Shown piece after piece: positions 28,223 to 42,506 of a stretch of 64,000 nucleotides of DNA. The DNA comes from the human T2T-CHM13v2.0 reference genome, Homo sapiens. The stretch lies in assembly GCF_009914755.1 (NCBI RefSeq), contig NC_060929.1, one strand, 5' to 3'. The position numbers and the translations under genes are program-made. Under the pieces are notes generated by a model. That model was not told the DNA's origin. It searched no databases and saw only the letters and a program-made list of their open reading frames with translations. The first letter of the stretch is position 1, and each line of letters opens with the position of its first letter.

Positions 28223-30039
28223 AGCTAGAGGATAACTACACTTCTGAGTTTATACACTGGTAGCATTTTACTATATATTTCCAACCAGAAACTTTTATTC
28301 TGGCTGAATTTCAATATTGGACACATCATAGATTTAAGAAATATTAAAATTTATAACTATTAAAGCTTTAGATTGGATTTTTTTAGTATGAAATTATAAA
28401 ATTCATTCTTTTTAATATGAATGCATATAGGAAACTTGTCTTATTGCGTGATGCCATAGCATTCTTGAAACCTTTTCTCCCAGGTCATGTTGCCACTTAC
28501 TTGTTAAATTAACATTACCGTCGTCACGGACATGCTGACTTGTTCGGAGATGACAAACAAGTCAATGAAATAAATGTAGGAGAAAAGGAAATAGGAAAAT
28601 GGGGAAAAGACTCAAACAAATTTGTCAACATATGATTATCAGGTGTCCATCTTTTATAAAAACACAAAACCTCTGTGAAAAATAACATTGAATAGTCCTT
28701 TAGGATTCTTAATCTTCTTCATAATGTATTCTTTCCTTAATTATAAAATGTGCAGCTAGATTAAAGGTATATCAAGCCACTCAATCACATTCATTAACCT
28801 TAAATGAGCTACATTGCATATGAGAAGACTTGTACAGTCAATTTCCCCTAAAATGATATATCACAATTCTTGTTACTCCAAAAGTAAAATAAATCAGTTT
28901 AGGTGTTTCATTGCAATGGGTCATTGTTACACCCATAATAAAGAGGCAGATATTCAGCCCTGTGATTCAGGCAACAATAAAGCTAATTATCAAAATGCTT
29001 GATAGCTGAAAGCCATCTTCCCTGTTTCTTTTTTTTTTTTTATGCCACTAAAAAAACCCACCAAAAAAACACAAAAAAACAAGCAACATAAACCAGACGT
29101 CATCTCTGAGTCACTGACTGAAGAAAGTAATGAAGGTTCGTTATGATCACAGCATATTCCTTTGCTTCTGCTAAGAACAATATGTCATGAAAAATAAAGA
29201 TTTTATTTTTAGGGTGGCAGACAGGTAATCATTCATTTATGTATCCACATGCGAGAAAATCAAAAGTAAAATGTGAGGACATGAGACTTCTGCCTCCATC
29301 TAATCTCTGTATCTTCATTCACCCCCATTGCCACAGAAATATTTTGGAAAAAATATTCAAGGCATGGAGGGTAAACAAAAGTGAAAGAAAATTTAAAGAT
29401 GATCTACACTTTTCAAAAGAGCAACCAGGTGACAGAGACCTCTGATCTTGAGAAAAGGCAATCAAGCGGATCTATCCTGAAAAGAAGCAATTCTGTTCTT
29501 GCAGCTTCAATTCTCACATTTGTAAAATGGAACAAATAATACCTTCCCTGGCTGACTCTGAGGCTTGTTAGAATCAAATGAGAGAATACATGTGAAAATG
29601 CCTTCTAATCTAATGTAGCTTCATGGAAATGAAGGGTTTAAAAATCTTGCCTAAATTAGATTCCTTCTCAGGTCTGGTCTTCAGACTTAATTGTGAGCTT
29701 TGCATTCCTATTTTCTACCTATGCTACTCATTCATCTCTTTACTTTGATTTATCTTGCCTAAATTCCACAAATTAGAGATTTAGATAAGGAATTTTTTTT
29801 AATCCATCCATCCGTCCATCCATCCATCTGTTCACTTGCAGTTGGGGGGAGGCTTCAAAAAAGTATTAGCAATTGAATTGTCTTGATGAATATTTCCAGG
29901 TAGAGAAGGACTTTCCAAACAAGGAAACTGGTACACGAAAGGTCAAAAAAGAACATGATTGGCAAGCCATTTGGTGTGGTTAGATTGCTGAGTAAGAAGG
30001 CAAAATGGGCTGGTAGGAGTGGTTGTGGAGAAATTGTGA

Positions 30040-30473
<434 letters not shown>

Positions 30474-31510
30474 TAAAATTTAGGGTATATTTATTTAACA
30501 AGCTTGCTTTCCTTCTAGCAAAGGAAAAATAATCTTATTTAGTGCCAAGAGCAAGTAAATAATTTACCAAATTCTAGTTCTTTGGGGACAAGAGGTAGCA
30601 TTGGTTGGAAAAAAATGAATAATGAGAAATGGAGGTAGAATAATAAAATCTGGGAAAGTGTCAAAAAGATTATCTCATTTCTAAACTTTACATGGATCCA
30701 GCCCTGTGCCCTGCAAGGAGAAATACTCACCTAGTATTAAAGTTTATTATCTTCTGACCTGGCCTGTCACACCACCGTATATAATACATTTTCCATTGCA
30801 AAATTATTCTGACTAAAATTTTGCTCACAAACACTTTTGGAACATAACCTATTTGTGAGTAGCTTTGAGGTCAGGAGGAATTTTACTCTCTGCATTGAAG
30901 GACCTAGATGTCAACATTCCATGTGCTTGAGGGCTCAAGTTATTGAAAATAATTCTGGAAGTTATAGAATATTAAGAATGCTAGGAAGAAACTCAGAATG
31001 CTTTTTCCTCCTCTCTAATTTTACAGCTGATGAAAGAGATGTTTGCAGATATGGATTCCCTAGGTGTACTTGATCTGCCCAAACATTGTCTATCCTGCAA
31101 CCATTGGGCCTACTATACCCGACTGGGTAGGGCAAAGGAAATCTCAGGAAACCTTTCTAAAGTGGGGTGAAAGGTTTTGCTAGTAAGCCCATTCCATCTG
31201 ACCTGAACTTCTCAGCTATAAAATAAGGAGTGTGTACCAGATGGGTTATAAAAGCCTTCTCTGTGCAACTGATTGAACCTTCCTTTTGGAGGTATAGGTT
31301 TTTATTGGTGTGAGTCAGAAGCCAAGTGAATTGCCAGCCATGTCTGTCTCTTGTTACCAAGGTTTGCCCAGAGTTTCTTTGGGAAGTATTCCAGAGAGAT
31401 GAAAAGTGGTATATATCCAATGTCTGCAATATGCCTTATTAATTGCAAAAAGAGATCTTTTCTGAAAAAAGATATTAAAGGGATGGAGAAGACTCTTAGA
31501 AGGAGACCTA

Positions 31511-31861
<351 letters not shown>

Positions 31862-32394
31862 TCACATAAAATAAGGCAGACAGGTGGGTCGTTAAGAAGT
31901 AAGTAAGAAAAAAAATGACTTTCTTTGATTTGGAGGAAGTCATTATATATGTGAGTTAAATGTACTCAAATGATTGCTGCAGAACCAAATACAGTAGTAC
32001 AGGAAATTAATTGTGGTAAAAATTTAAAATGCTATAAAAAACTGTGTTAATTTAATTTCCCATTACTTTGTAGAATGCACAGAACATAAAATTCACAGAA
32101 CAACTCATAAAGCCAGTCACTTTATTCTTCTGACTGTGAGGCTATCCTCTCACCTTCGTGTTGTAGTTTTTTAAAGAAGAGATTATCTTGGAAGAGTATT
32201 GTTTTTATCTATGCATGTCCAAAGGGCAGCACAGATTATACCATATGTTGCTTTTTGTATATAGCAGATCTTTGTTCATGAATCTAAACCTGACTCAAAC
32301 ATCTTTGTCTCAGTGTTATGTAAAACTGATGGATGTTGCCTAGAGCTGCTTATCTTTCAGTCTCCTATTTACTGATTTTAGTGCTTTGTGAAAA

Positions 32395-32640
32395 TATAAT
32401 AGAGTAAATAGGCTCTGGAGCCAGAACATCTGGGTTAGAATCCTGGTTTTGTCATGTACTAGCTGTGTTACCCTAGGGAAGACATTTAGCATCTCTGTGC
32501 CTCAGTACTCCATCTAGAAAATGAGAATAATGATAGTGCCAACACTTCATAGAAACAAAAAGATTAAGCAATTTGATATAAAAGGGCCTGACAAGACCTA
32601 ACCCATTGTATATATTAATGTATGCTAGTTACTATTGTTG
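32395..32640 (+). mobile_element. MIR
   Basis: ggctctggagccaga...ctgggttagaatcctgg...tagctgtgt...tctctgtgcctcagt MIR core. Confidence 0.85.
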
Positions 32641-33009
32641 TTGTTTTGCCCTTGATTCAATTGTCCAAATTATTTTATACTATGGAAATTCTTATGGGTT
32701 TATGTTCTTCAACACCCATATTCAAGGGTCTTCATATAACATTTCTTCTGTTCTTGAACTTACCTCTGTAAGTTAGATCTATTATCAAAGAAAGAGAAGA
32801 GGAAATTCTTTAACATCTGCTTGTTAAAACAAGACTCCAAAGAAACAGAAACACAGTAATTGAATAACAAAGTCTAATATGGTGGTTCAAATTAAATATT
32901 CCAATGAAGAGTCAATTGGAGCTTATGAAGGCAGGACTTTTTAAAAGTAGATGCAGTCCAAGTGAGGAATCTAGCTTGCAAATATGTTTCAAATTATGAT
33001 AGCCAGTTA

Positions 33010-33202
33010 CAAAGGTTGCCAGATGCAAAAGAGAGTACATGGTTAAAAGATGGATTTCAGAGTAAATAACCAGTAACTTTTTACGTAAATATATCCCATA
33101 CAATGTCTAGGCCATACTTATGCTAAAATAGTTTTCATTGTTTACCTGAAATTCAAATTTAACTGTATGTCCTGTATTTTTATTTTCTAAATCTAGCAAC
33201 TC
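33010..33202. mobile_element. MER53 (palindromic hAT MITE)
   Basis: Inverted termini ggttgccagat / atctagcaac; internal catacttatgctaaa and tttacctgaaattcaaatttaactg. Confidence 0.85.
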
Positions 33203-33229
33203 AACTCACGTGTTATCTTTATAAACGTG

Positions 33230-33490
33230 GATTTTAGTTGTCTCCTTCTAAAATTTGGAAGATTTTACATAGAAATACACTTCCTTGTCTTCTTTTGAAA
33301 AATTTGGCGATCTGGCAAAACTACGCCTAAGTGACAACAATAAGGTGGCTGGAAATGCAGCTGCCCCTCCCTTTATGGAGCATGTACTCTCCAGACCCCA
33401 CAGCCCCTTCCCCTAGTCATTGTCTTTCTTCTTGCCTTTTACACTAATTTATCTCACTGTCTCCTGGAAGCCATTGACTTTGGGATCCTC
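33230..33490. mobile_element. MER102-like hAT element
   Basis: gatctggcaa...gcagctgcccct...catgtactctccag...cacagcccc pattern. Confidence 0.55.
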
Positions 33491-34954
33491 ACTGTAATGG
33501 CTACATAGGAATTTGTAATATTAATGTATTTTGCTCATTTTACCATGAGCATCTTAAATAAATGTTCAAATGTATGCTAAGTTAGTAAAGACTAAAGCAC
33601 AACCTATTTACTCTGTGATCTGTGATACTTTGCCAAGGCATCATCCAGCTAAATAGAAACATTTTCTTCAGAGCTGTGGTGTACTAATATGGCCTCTGGG
33701 ACTTATTACCCACTGACCCTCTTAAATGCTCCCTCCATCCCCCTTCTGAGAATTTTAGCTTCTAAGATTCTGGCAACTGACAAATGAAGAATAATAATGC
33801 TAACGTTCTGCTCTACTGGGTCCAATCCAAGGACAATAACAGGAATACTTGCATTCCCTTGCAACTAAACTTCATTAGCAATTTCCATCTTAAAATGTTT
33901 TAATGCATGGTGTTCAGAAGTGGTTAAAATGAAATGGAGGGTATTAACTTACATTGGTAATTTCTTGAATTATGCTTGACTTAATATGTAAAGAGTATTG
34001 CTCACATTATACCTGTCACAGATGAGAAAGTCATACCTGGATGAATGTAATCCTTCTATTGGTTTGTGTGGACACAAACCATCAGAGGGTTAGTTGAAAA
34101 TCTTTTGAGACTCAGAGAAATCAGATGTGATATTAATACTACAGACTCACCATGTGAGCATAAAAGTGTTGATAATTTTCGAAGGTAAAATGCATCTAAT
34201 AAAAATGTCATTCTTTTGTTCCTGTATCTCTGAAGGATGACTGTTTATATTTACAGTGTTGACCAGAACAGCAGTACAATCAGTCAATGAATTAAAATAA
34301 TCTCTTTTCATAACCACTAGCTGTTATCTTTTCAGTTTTATGTACTCCCAAGCAAACATGTTCTCTGAGAATGCATCTATATGTCCAAGATAGAAATTGC
34401 AATATGAAAGTTTCCAAGTTATTATTAGGGAGTAAATGAGGCACATATTAATGTAAGTCTATAAGTCTAGATTCAGCGGCACTTTTCTGCTCTACTGTTG
34501 GACGGAAAACACAGTATCTGCACTGATTTGTTTTTAGGTCAACACTTTACTTATAAAAGCAAATTATTTAAGAAGGCTTGCTAATGGAAACTACCATCAT
34601 CAAATATACAAAATTCATATATATATAGGAATATATGCATGGACATGAGAGATCGAGAGATTTTTTAAAAATTCATAAGTCTGGCATTTTATTCAAGGAA
34701 AACACATTTAGATAAATTTAAATACATCTACTTCAAAATAAGGTAATAGGCTATTCAAGCAAACTGACAAGCAATCAGGTTAGCTTTAAGAATAGAGATT
34801 TACCAAAAGTGAGTGTTAATCGAGTCTCTCATTATTTCTTTTGGGTTTAGTCTTCAGCCCTAAAACTATGCAAACATCTCAAAATTTTGGTAAATCATTA
34901 GAAAATCAAAGCATTGTGCTTACAATTTGTTGTTAAGTATGACATGTGCATTCT

Positions 34955-35420
34955 TTTATTCATTAAATAGTTATTGAAGTGCCCTTGTTTGCTGGTCACT
35001 GTTCTAGACACTGGAGACAGAACAGTGAGCAACAGAGACAAATCCTCTCTTCTCCTACAGTTTGCATCGCAGTAAGAAAGAACTAAGGTAAGCAATAAAT
35101 GAGCAGTTTTCAGGCAGTGTCAGGGTGATGAAGAAAAATGGAGATGGGAATGAGAGACACCAAGGGTCAGGGCTGGGAAGGCTATTTTATATTGGGGAAT
35201 CAGATTTGGGTTGGGAGACAGGGGTAGCAGAATGCAGCCATCCATGTAGGGATCTGCATTAAGAGCTTTGTGGGGGCAGAAACAACAGCAAGTAAGAATC
35301 CTAAAGGTGGGACTAGCTTGGCCAGTCGAGGAGCTGAAAGAAAGTCATTGAGGCTGGATGCTAGCAAGCCAGGGCTAGAATGGTGAAGATGAAGCTGAGA
35401 GTTAAGCAGACTGGACCATG
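34955..35420 (-). mobile_element. L2 3' fragment
   Basis: attcattaaatagttattga...cactgttctagacactggaga...gaatgcagccat. Confidence 0.7.
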
Positions 35421-35559
35421 AAGGAGCATCCATGCATATATTCCTCTCAGCCCAAGATTCCCAGATTCATCTTTTTTCAACACCTGATAGCCTTCTGTTA
35501 TTTCCTGTTTCAAAATTTGTCAGCATCTTCCCACTGCCTACAGAATGAAGTTACATCTC

Positions 35560-35730
35560 TCAAGCATGGTACCTCTGTTTCTCACTACACATTAGAGTCA
35601 CTGAGACATCTTTTAAAAATACGAGTGCTCAAGTCCCACCCCCAAAGTGATTAAATTGTAGACTGACAGTGATATTTTTATCCAGCTTCCAGTTGATTCT
35701 AAGGTACAGGTGATGTTGAAAAACATTGGC
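35560..35730. mobile_element. MER5-like
   Basis: cacattagagtcact...ttttaaaaatac...ccagttgattctaagg...gttgaaaaacattg. Confidence 0.55.
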
Positions 35731-35736
35731 TTAGAT

Positions 35737-36225
35737 CTGTGCAATCTAATAGAAATATAATACAAGCCACACGTATTTTAATGGCCACACTTAAAAAAGT
35801 AGAATGAAATAGGTAAAGTTAATTTTAATAATATATTTTTTAGCCCAATATAGCCAGAATATTATCAGTTCAACATGTAGTCAATATTAAAAATATTTAA
35901 AATATTTTACATTCTTTTTTCATACTAAATCTTTGGAATCCAGTGTGTATTTACTCACATCTTAATTCAGATTATAAATATTCATCACAACTATTTGATA
36001 TACATTTGGAGTGTGCAAAATTTATAGTTACAAAAGTAGATTTCCATATACAAGTTGTTCATCACACATTTAAAAGTTTTCCAATAACTGAATACATTTC
36101 GTCATTTAAAAATTTAATTGTAAATTAATTAAATAAAATTAAAAACTAAGTTCCTTAGTCATATTAGCCACATTTCAGGTGTTCATTGCCCATATATGTC
36201 CAGTGCCTACCCTGTTGGGCAGGGA
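35737..36225. mobile_element. Charlie1/MER33-family DNA transposon
   Basis: tctaatagaaatataatacaagccac...tagccacatttcaggtgttca...cctaccctgttgggcag termini. Confidence 0.8.
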
Positions 36226-38440
36226 AACACTAGACGGTAAGTGTAACCTACTTTCCAGTATCACAGAATGCTGGGTAAAAAAATAAAAAACAAAAACAGA
36301 ACAAAAAGCACCTTGAGTTTTATAGACAGACATCAATCCCAACTCTGTGCTGTCAGATTATAGATTGGTTAATGCCTGCCAGTTTTCATTTCACATCTAG
36401 AAAATAAGAGTAATATTACCACATTACCATTAGAATGAAATACGAAGATAGTATGTCAAGTTCCTAGTATAGTGCCTGGTGTATATAATCCGCTTCTCAT
36501 TAGTTAGAGCTTTCTTCTACCTCATACCTCTCTACCTGTAATCTTTCAACTCAGTTGAACCCCCATATTTAAAAAAACAAAAAGGATGAAAATTTTCATG
36601 TCTGTACACCTTTGGTGGTGATTAGCTTTCCCTCTAAATTCCTTTCATCCCTATCCTTTTTTCTTGCCCTGGTTATTTTGTTCATGAAGCTCCCCCACTA
36701 AACAAGATAATATGCATCTATTAATATATATTTTAAGATACTTTACTTTTGGCAGTGATTATATATGTTTTGTGTATTCTGTATCTGAGTCAGTAACTGC
36801 ACACTGGTCAGCCACAAGCCAAATCTGGCGCATAATCCTGTTTGATTTTGCCCACTGCAGTGTTGGCTCAGACAGGGTTAAAAACAAATGGTTGCTAGCA
36901 TTTTGGAATCAAACAGATTTGGATAGAACTTAGATGTGCAGCTTCTTTTGAAAATAATAAAAAGTAGCACTGGCAACACAAGGCCTGCGTTTCCACATAG
37001 TGGTAATCTGCTGAGCTGAATTGAAGCTATTCCCTTTAGGCCACCTGTGTTCTCCAGGTATTGACAGTCTCCAGTATTCCCTCTTGTTTTTCTGATTCTG
37101 AAGCTGAATGTCAGTTGTTGTTTATCATCACTCATGCTAGCAATTTTGATATACCTCTCACACTTCTGTCTCTAGCCAAAGTATGCCAATGAATCCACCA
37201 CTTCTGATCCGTTTCAATGTTAAATCTGTCCTCTGTAACTCCACACCTTCTCCATCCCTACAAAAAAACCTAAGGTCTTTAGCATGCGCAAGTATGAGAT
37301 CATTTTCATCTGATTCCCGGTGAGGCGTATAGACTTTTAGAGATGGGGCTTGAGTGCTTTATTTGATGTGAGATAATGAATATCCTGAAATGTGCCTTTT
37401 GCTTTACAAATGTGTGGAAGTTTTCCAGTTTGGTTAAAACCCCACATGGAGTGATCTTCAAGCCCAAAGGACAAGCCACATTGCATCAATTCTAAACAGG
37501 ATTTTTTGGAAAATGGTAGCAACATAGCGAATGAGCTACTTGAAGCAGAACCCACTGATTTTTTTTTTCAGACTAGTCAGCGTTTTGGTGGTAGTGCATG
37601 ATTATATCTAAGATGCTAGCAAAGCCCTTGGGAAGCAAAAGAACAGATACCGCTTATCAACTTCTATCGTTGGAGTAAGACCCCAGAATAGGAATGTATA
37701 TTTTGTTTAGTTCTTAAGAGACTCTTCAAGGACTTATGGAAGAATTTCACATTTCCGTAACCAAGTTGAGAAACTTTGACATATGATTTTATCCTTTGTA
37801 ACCTAGAGTTGTATTCATAGGATGGGTTGGGGGATATTTTCAGAGGATGTAAATTACTAAGGAATTATTTCACATTTTGAAGTTTTGAGAGTTACTTTTG
37901 GTTTTTTGAAATAAAAATATTTTCAGAGGTCATTAAGCTAAAGTTTCTCATTTAATGCTTTAGGAAGGAAATGAGGTCTAAGGAAGGTTCACTGGTTGAG
38001 CCCAGTTCGCCCAGCTAGATATTGAGGAAGTTTCTACTTGAATTCAAATATCCTTTCATCTGGTAAAGCTCATGAAATGCTTATCTATTAGCATTTAGTT
38101 TATATCTAAAATTATGTTAGGATCATAAGGATAATACTGCTAACTTTTAAAAAATGGTAACATGTTATTTTGGAAAATTTGGAAAATTATGCCATTGGTA
38201 TAGATCATCGTGTATTATTTTTAGAAAAAGTACTTTAATTTTGAAAAAAATTCAAACTAGAAATATATTTATTGATCTTTTTCCTGATTATAATGCAAGA
38301 TCATTTTAATTTGATTTAAATAATTCAGGAACATTTAAAGAAGAATGAAATATCATCTAAAATCTTACAGGCAAAGATTAGCAATATTAGTACTTTGGTG
38401 CATATTGTTTCAGATATCCATATAAAATTTTACATAAGTG

Positions 38441-38733
38441 GGCTGGGTGCGGTGGCTCATGCCTGTAACCCCAATATTTTGGGAGGCCGAGGCGGGTGGA
38501 TCATTTGAGGTCAGGAGTTGAAGACCAGCCTGGCCAACATGGTGAAACCCCTTCTCTAGAAAAATTAGCCGGGCCTTGGTGGCGCACACCTGTAATCCCG
38601 GCTACTCTGGAGGCTGAGGAAGGAGAATCGCTTGAGCCTAGAGGCAGAGGTTGTGGTGAGCTGAGATGGCACCACTGTACTCCAGCCTGGGTAACAGAGT
38701 GAGATTCCATCTCAAAAAAAAAAAAAAAAAAAA
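38441..38733 (+). mobile_element. AluS
   Basis: Full-length with shortened linker; TSD ttacRtaRgtgg. Confidence 0.95.
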
Positions 38734-38779
38734 AGTTACGTAGGTGGGATGACACATTTATATTTTAAGCATCTTCTTT

Positions 38780-39200
38780 TTGCCTTTTCTCTTTTAGAAG
38801 CTTACCATCATTCCCATGAATAAAGGGCAATATAATTTTTTATGGTGGCCCAAGAACGTCATTGAATAATATGCTAGAATTTATTCTGTCAACATAACAT
38901 TTAAGTTGTTTGTAATTTTTTACAAGACACATAAAAATGAACATCCTTATTTAGGTATTTTTAGACAACTCTCTGTTTTCTTGAAATGAATCCCTAGTAT
39001 TGGAATTAATGAATCTAAGGATATACATATACATTATATATTTTGACACATATTTACAGAGATAGTAATTTAATGTTGATTTACCCATGTTTTTACCAGC
39101 AGTGTGTTTTATCATGTTTTTATTCTTTGCCAATCTACATGAAAAAATGTATCACTTTGATTTTTATATATTTGGTTAATATTTCTTTACCAAATTTCTT
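38780..39200 (-). mobile_element. Old L1ME fragment
   Basis: aacatttaagttgtttgtaatttttt...atgaacatcctt...ccagcagtgtgt antisense L1 pattern. Confidence 0.5.
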
Positions 39201-40159
39201 TTGTGAATTTTTTAGGTGGGAGTATGTTTTTAAAATATGTAAAAACAATATATTAGATATATCAAATAATATACAGCATATGTAAATGATATTAATATAT
39301 AAAACATACATCAAATAGCCATATTTATGTATGCCATATATAAATATATACACATTTATGTACTTTCTCTTTAGAAAATGAAATCCAATTCAATGTGTCC
39401 GCTCATTAAGGTAACTAAAGACACTAAATTGGTTTCATCTATGAGGTTGTTAGTAGCACCTGTCCCAAGCAGTCGAAGCTCTGCCACTAATGAGGCAATG
39501 TGATTGGAGGCCTGTGTTTGCATTCTTTTTAGATCTAAATTTTCGAACTTATTAGATGAGGAGGAAATTATAAGAAATTATTTATAAGGACCCTTCCAGG
39601 TCTAATTTTTTTTAATGTGTTTGCATTTTATTAAGGTTTTCTAATACCGTTGAAGCTCTGAAAAGCATTAAACTTCTTAATAGCAAGACATGAAAAATTG
39701 TAACTCAGCAGTCTAATTTGATCAGTTAAACAACACTGTACTTAACTTTAGTTTTTTATTTCAAGCAAACCAAGTCATTTTAATTGTATGGCTTATATAT
39801 CCTGGGTATTTGAAATCATAGGATTCATTTCCTGATGACTAAATCTCCCGTTGCATTATAATTTTCAGTATAGGAAGCTGAGCTGAAGTACTTTCTTCTT
39901 CCCTGATATTCCATCTAATAGTACAGATCCTTGAGCTGTACTATTCTCAAGGTCTTAAACATAGCAAGAATACCATTTTCTTCATCAAATGTAATAAAGA
40001 CAACTAAAAATTTTCGTTGATCCCCTTTGGCCTCTAATGAGCCAATAGTTACGGTGAAATTGATGCTTTAGTTTGTCTGAAAGATTGTGCAAGGGTGGAA
40101 GGGCAGCAGCTCAGCATCTGTGCTGTGGTGGACACCTGCCCTTTCTCTTCACATCTCCC

Positions 40160-40315
40160 TTCAGCACTGGGAGTTAAGACTAGTGAGTAAAACCTCCCAA
40201 ACCTGGCTCCATTGCTTTCTAAGTATATTGGCAAGTGACTTATCAGGCTAATCTCGGTTTCATCATCTCTAAAATTGGAATAAAAATCCCTTCCTCATGG
40301 GGCTGTTGCCAGGGA
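40160..40315 (+). mobile_element. MIR
   Basis: ttggcaagtgactt...ctcggtttcatcatctctaaaattggaataa...cctcatggggctgttg. Confidence 0.7.
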
Positions 40316-41574
40316 CAACAGATGTTAATAATTGCTGACGTTTGTCCAGTGCTGTGTGCCAGGGGCCATGGTCAGGGCTTTGGCATGGTTCTCACAACCT
40401 TGCACACTTGACACTTGATCCTTAATGAATGTTACTTTATTATTTTCACAATCATCTTGCAGGGGTGAAAACAAAGGAAACATTTTATTCCAATTGTGTA
40501 AGGGAATATAAAGTGGATGTGAGGAGGTTCCTGGCTGAGCCTTGCTTGCAAACCACCTGAGTCCCTGACTCCTGGAAGCCCTGGAGCCAATGCATGGGAT
40601 CTTTACCAGGACAAAATTTCAAATAGCCACATGAGTACTCTTCTGATTTTGACAAAAGCAGTCAGTGATTTCTGAAAAACAAACAAATTAAATCCATGAT
40701 CGTCAGGGGTCGACCAAACATCCTAGGTAATCGCTGACAACGTCCTCATCCTCTATTCAATGGTCACTGCAAACCAATTCCTTTTTACTGTTCTGTATCA
40801 CGTTTTTCTTCCTGAGCTCTTTACTTCTTCACTGACCACCTTCTGAACACTCACACTTCTCCTTAGGCAACAGACGCAGACTACAGGCCGATTTGATATG
40901 TGGAGTTTTTGTTTCAAATGTTTCGTTGTAAACTTTTAAATGTTGGGAGTTTAAAATAAAATAGAATCCAAATTTCTGAGTTTGAAATTTCTGGCTTTTC
41001 TTGAAAAAATTGGTAGCCACAACAGCCCTGGGCTCACCTTGCCCACATCACTGCAGTTGGTCAGTGGCCGCCTTAGGTGGACTGCCTGCTCCTGCCCCGT
41101 TACCCCCAGCGCTTTCTCTCTTTTTTTATTTACCCAGCTTTACTTTTCATTACTTACCTAGTCCTACAGACATACTTGGCGCGTGACCTGTGCCCCATGC
41201 AGATTTGCTCTTTTCCTCTTAACTTCCACTTGCTTGCTTTCTTCTGACATCTCTCCTTCCTTCCCCGCTTCCAGGAGCCAGCTCCGTGTTTACATCTTCC
41301 TTTCTACTCCTCGCTTCTGTCCCTGTAGTAACGCGAGCAGAGCAAGGAAATGAGAAATGCTGGGTCCTACCAGCAGGGGGTGGGAGAGTCCCAAGAAGAA
41401 AAGGGAAGGAGCTTCTTTGTAGGAAGACCTGACACCCTTTTCCTACCTGTAATTACTGCTGATGCCTGCCAGACACCCCTGTTATTTACCACCTCTTCCT
41501 CCCTCTCACTTTCTGCAGGGCTCATTGGGCTGATGGTGGGTATTATAACGGAAAGGCCTTCATCCAGGTCCATG

Positions 41575-41730
41575 TAGCGGTGCGCCTAAGCACCTGCGGG
41601 CTCTGCATCAGAATCACCTAAGGAGTTGCGGAGCATGCCGCTTCCTGGGCATTTCTCTGGCAATTTGATTCAGTAGATCTGGAATCGAACCTTTTAGAAG
41701 TGAGCCGCGTCTTCCGAGAAGCAGTTCCCC
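41575..41730. mobile_element. MER5-like fragment
   Basis: gcatcagaatcaccta...ttcctgggc...tgattcagtagatctgg. Confidence 0.6.
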
Positions 41731-42215
41731 AGAAAGACATTTGGAAGCCAATCCAAACTTCCCTTTAAATGTGGGAAAACTGAGATCCAGACAAAAGGCA
41801 AGATTTTCTAAAAGGCTCATTCTACAAAATAGTGTTTAAGTCTAGGATCGAGAAATCCACTTCATGGGAACATTCATTAGACGTGCCAGAGGGTATTTGT
41901 TTTTCAGTGCAATATCCAATCTAGGCCAGTTTTCATTTCAACCAAAGCTACAGAGAATTTTAATGTTGGAAGTTTCATATTATTTTTTAATCCAGATTTT
42001 TAAGAAATGGCCTCCCTGAGCCTGGATTCCCACATAACACCACTTAAGTTAGTAAACGCAGTCATCTGAGTGCTTGAGTCAGTAGTTGGTTCTGAAATAG
42101 GACAACTTCATGGACGTACATAATTACAATTATAACAAGAGCAAAATGAATGGCTTGTTAACATTGGAGAGGTTTCTTCCTCACATATTTCCTTGTATTC
42201 TGTTGCATATTTGAG

Positions 42216-42506
<291 letters not shown>

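Noticed and set aside
28528-28545. Two p53-like half sites (ggacatgctg, tgacttgttc)
   Set aside because: The half sites overlap by 2 bp, which is incompatible with canonical tetramer spacing
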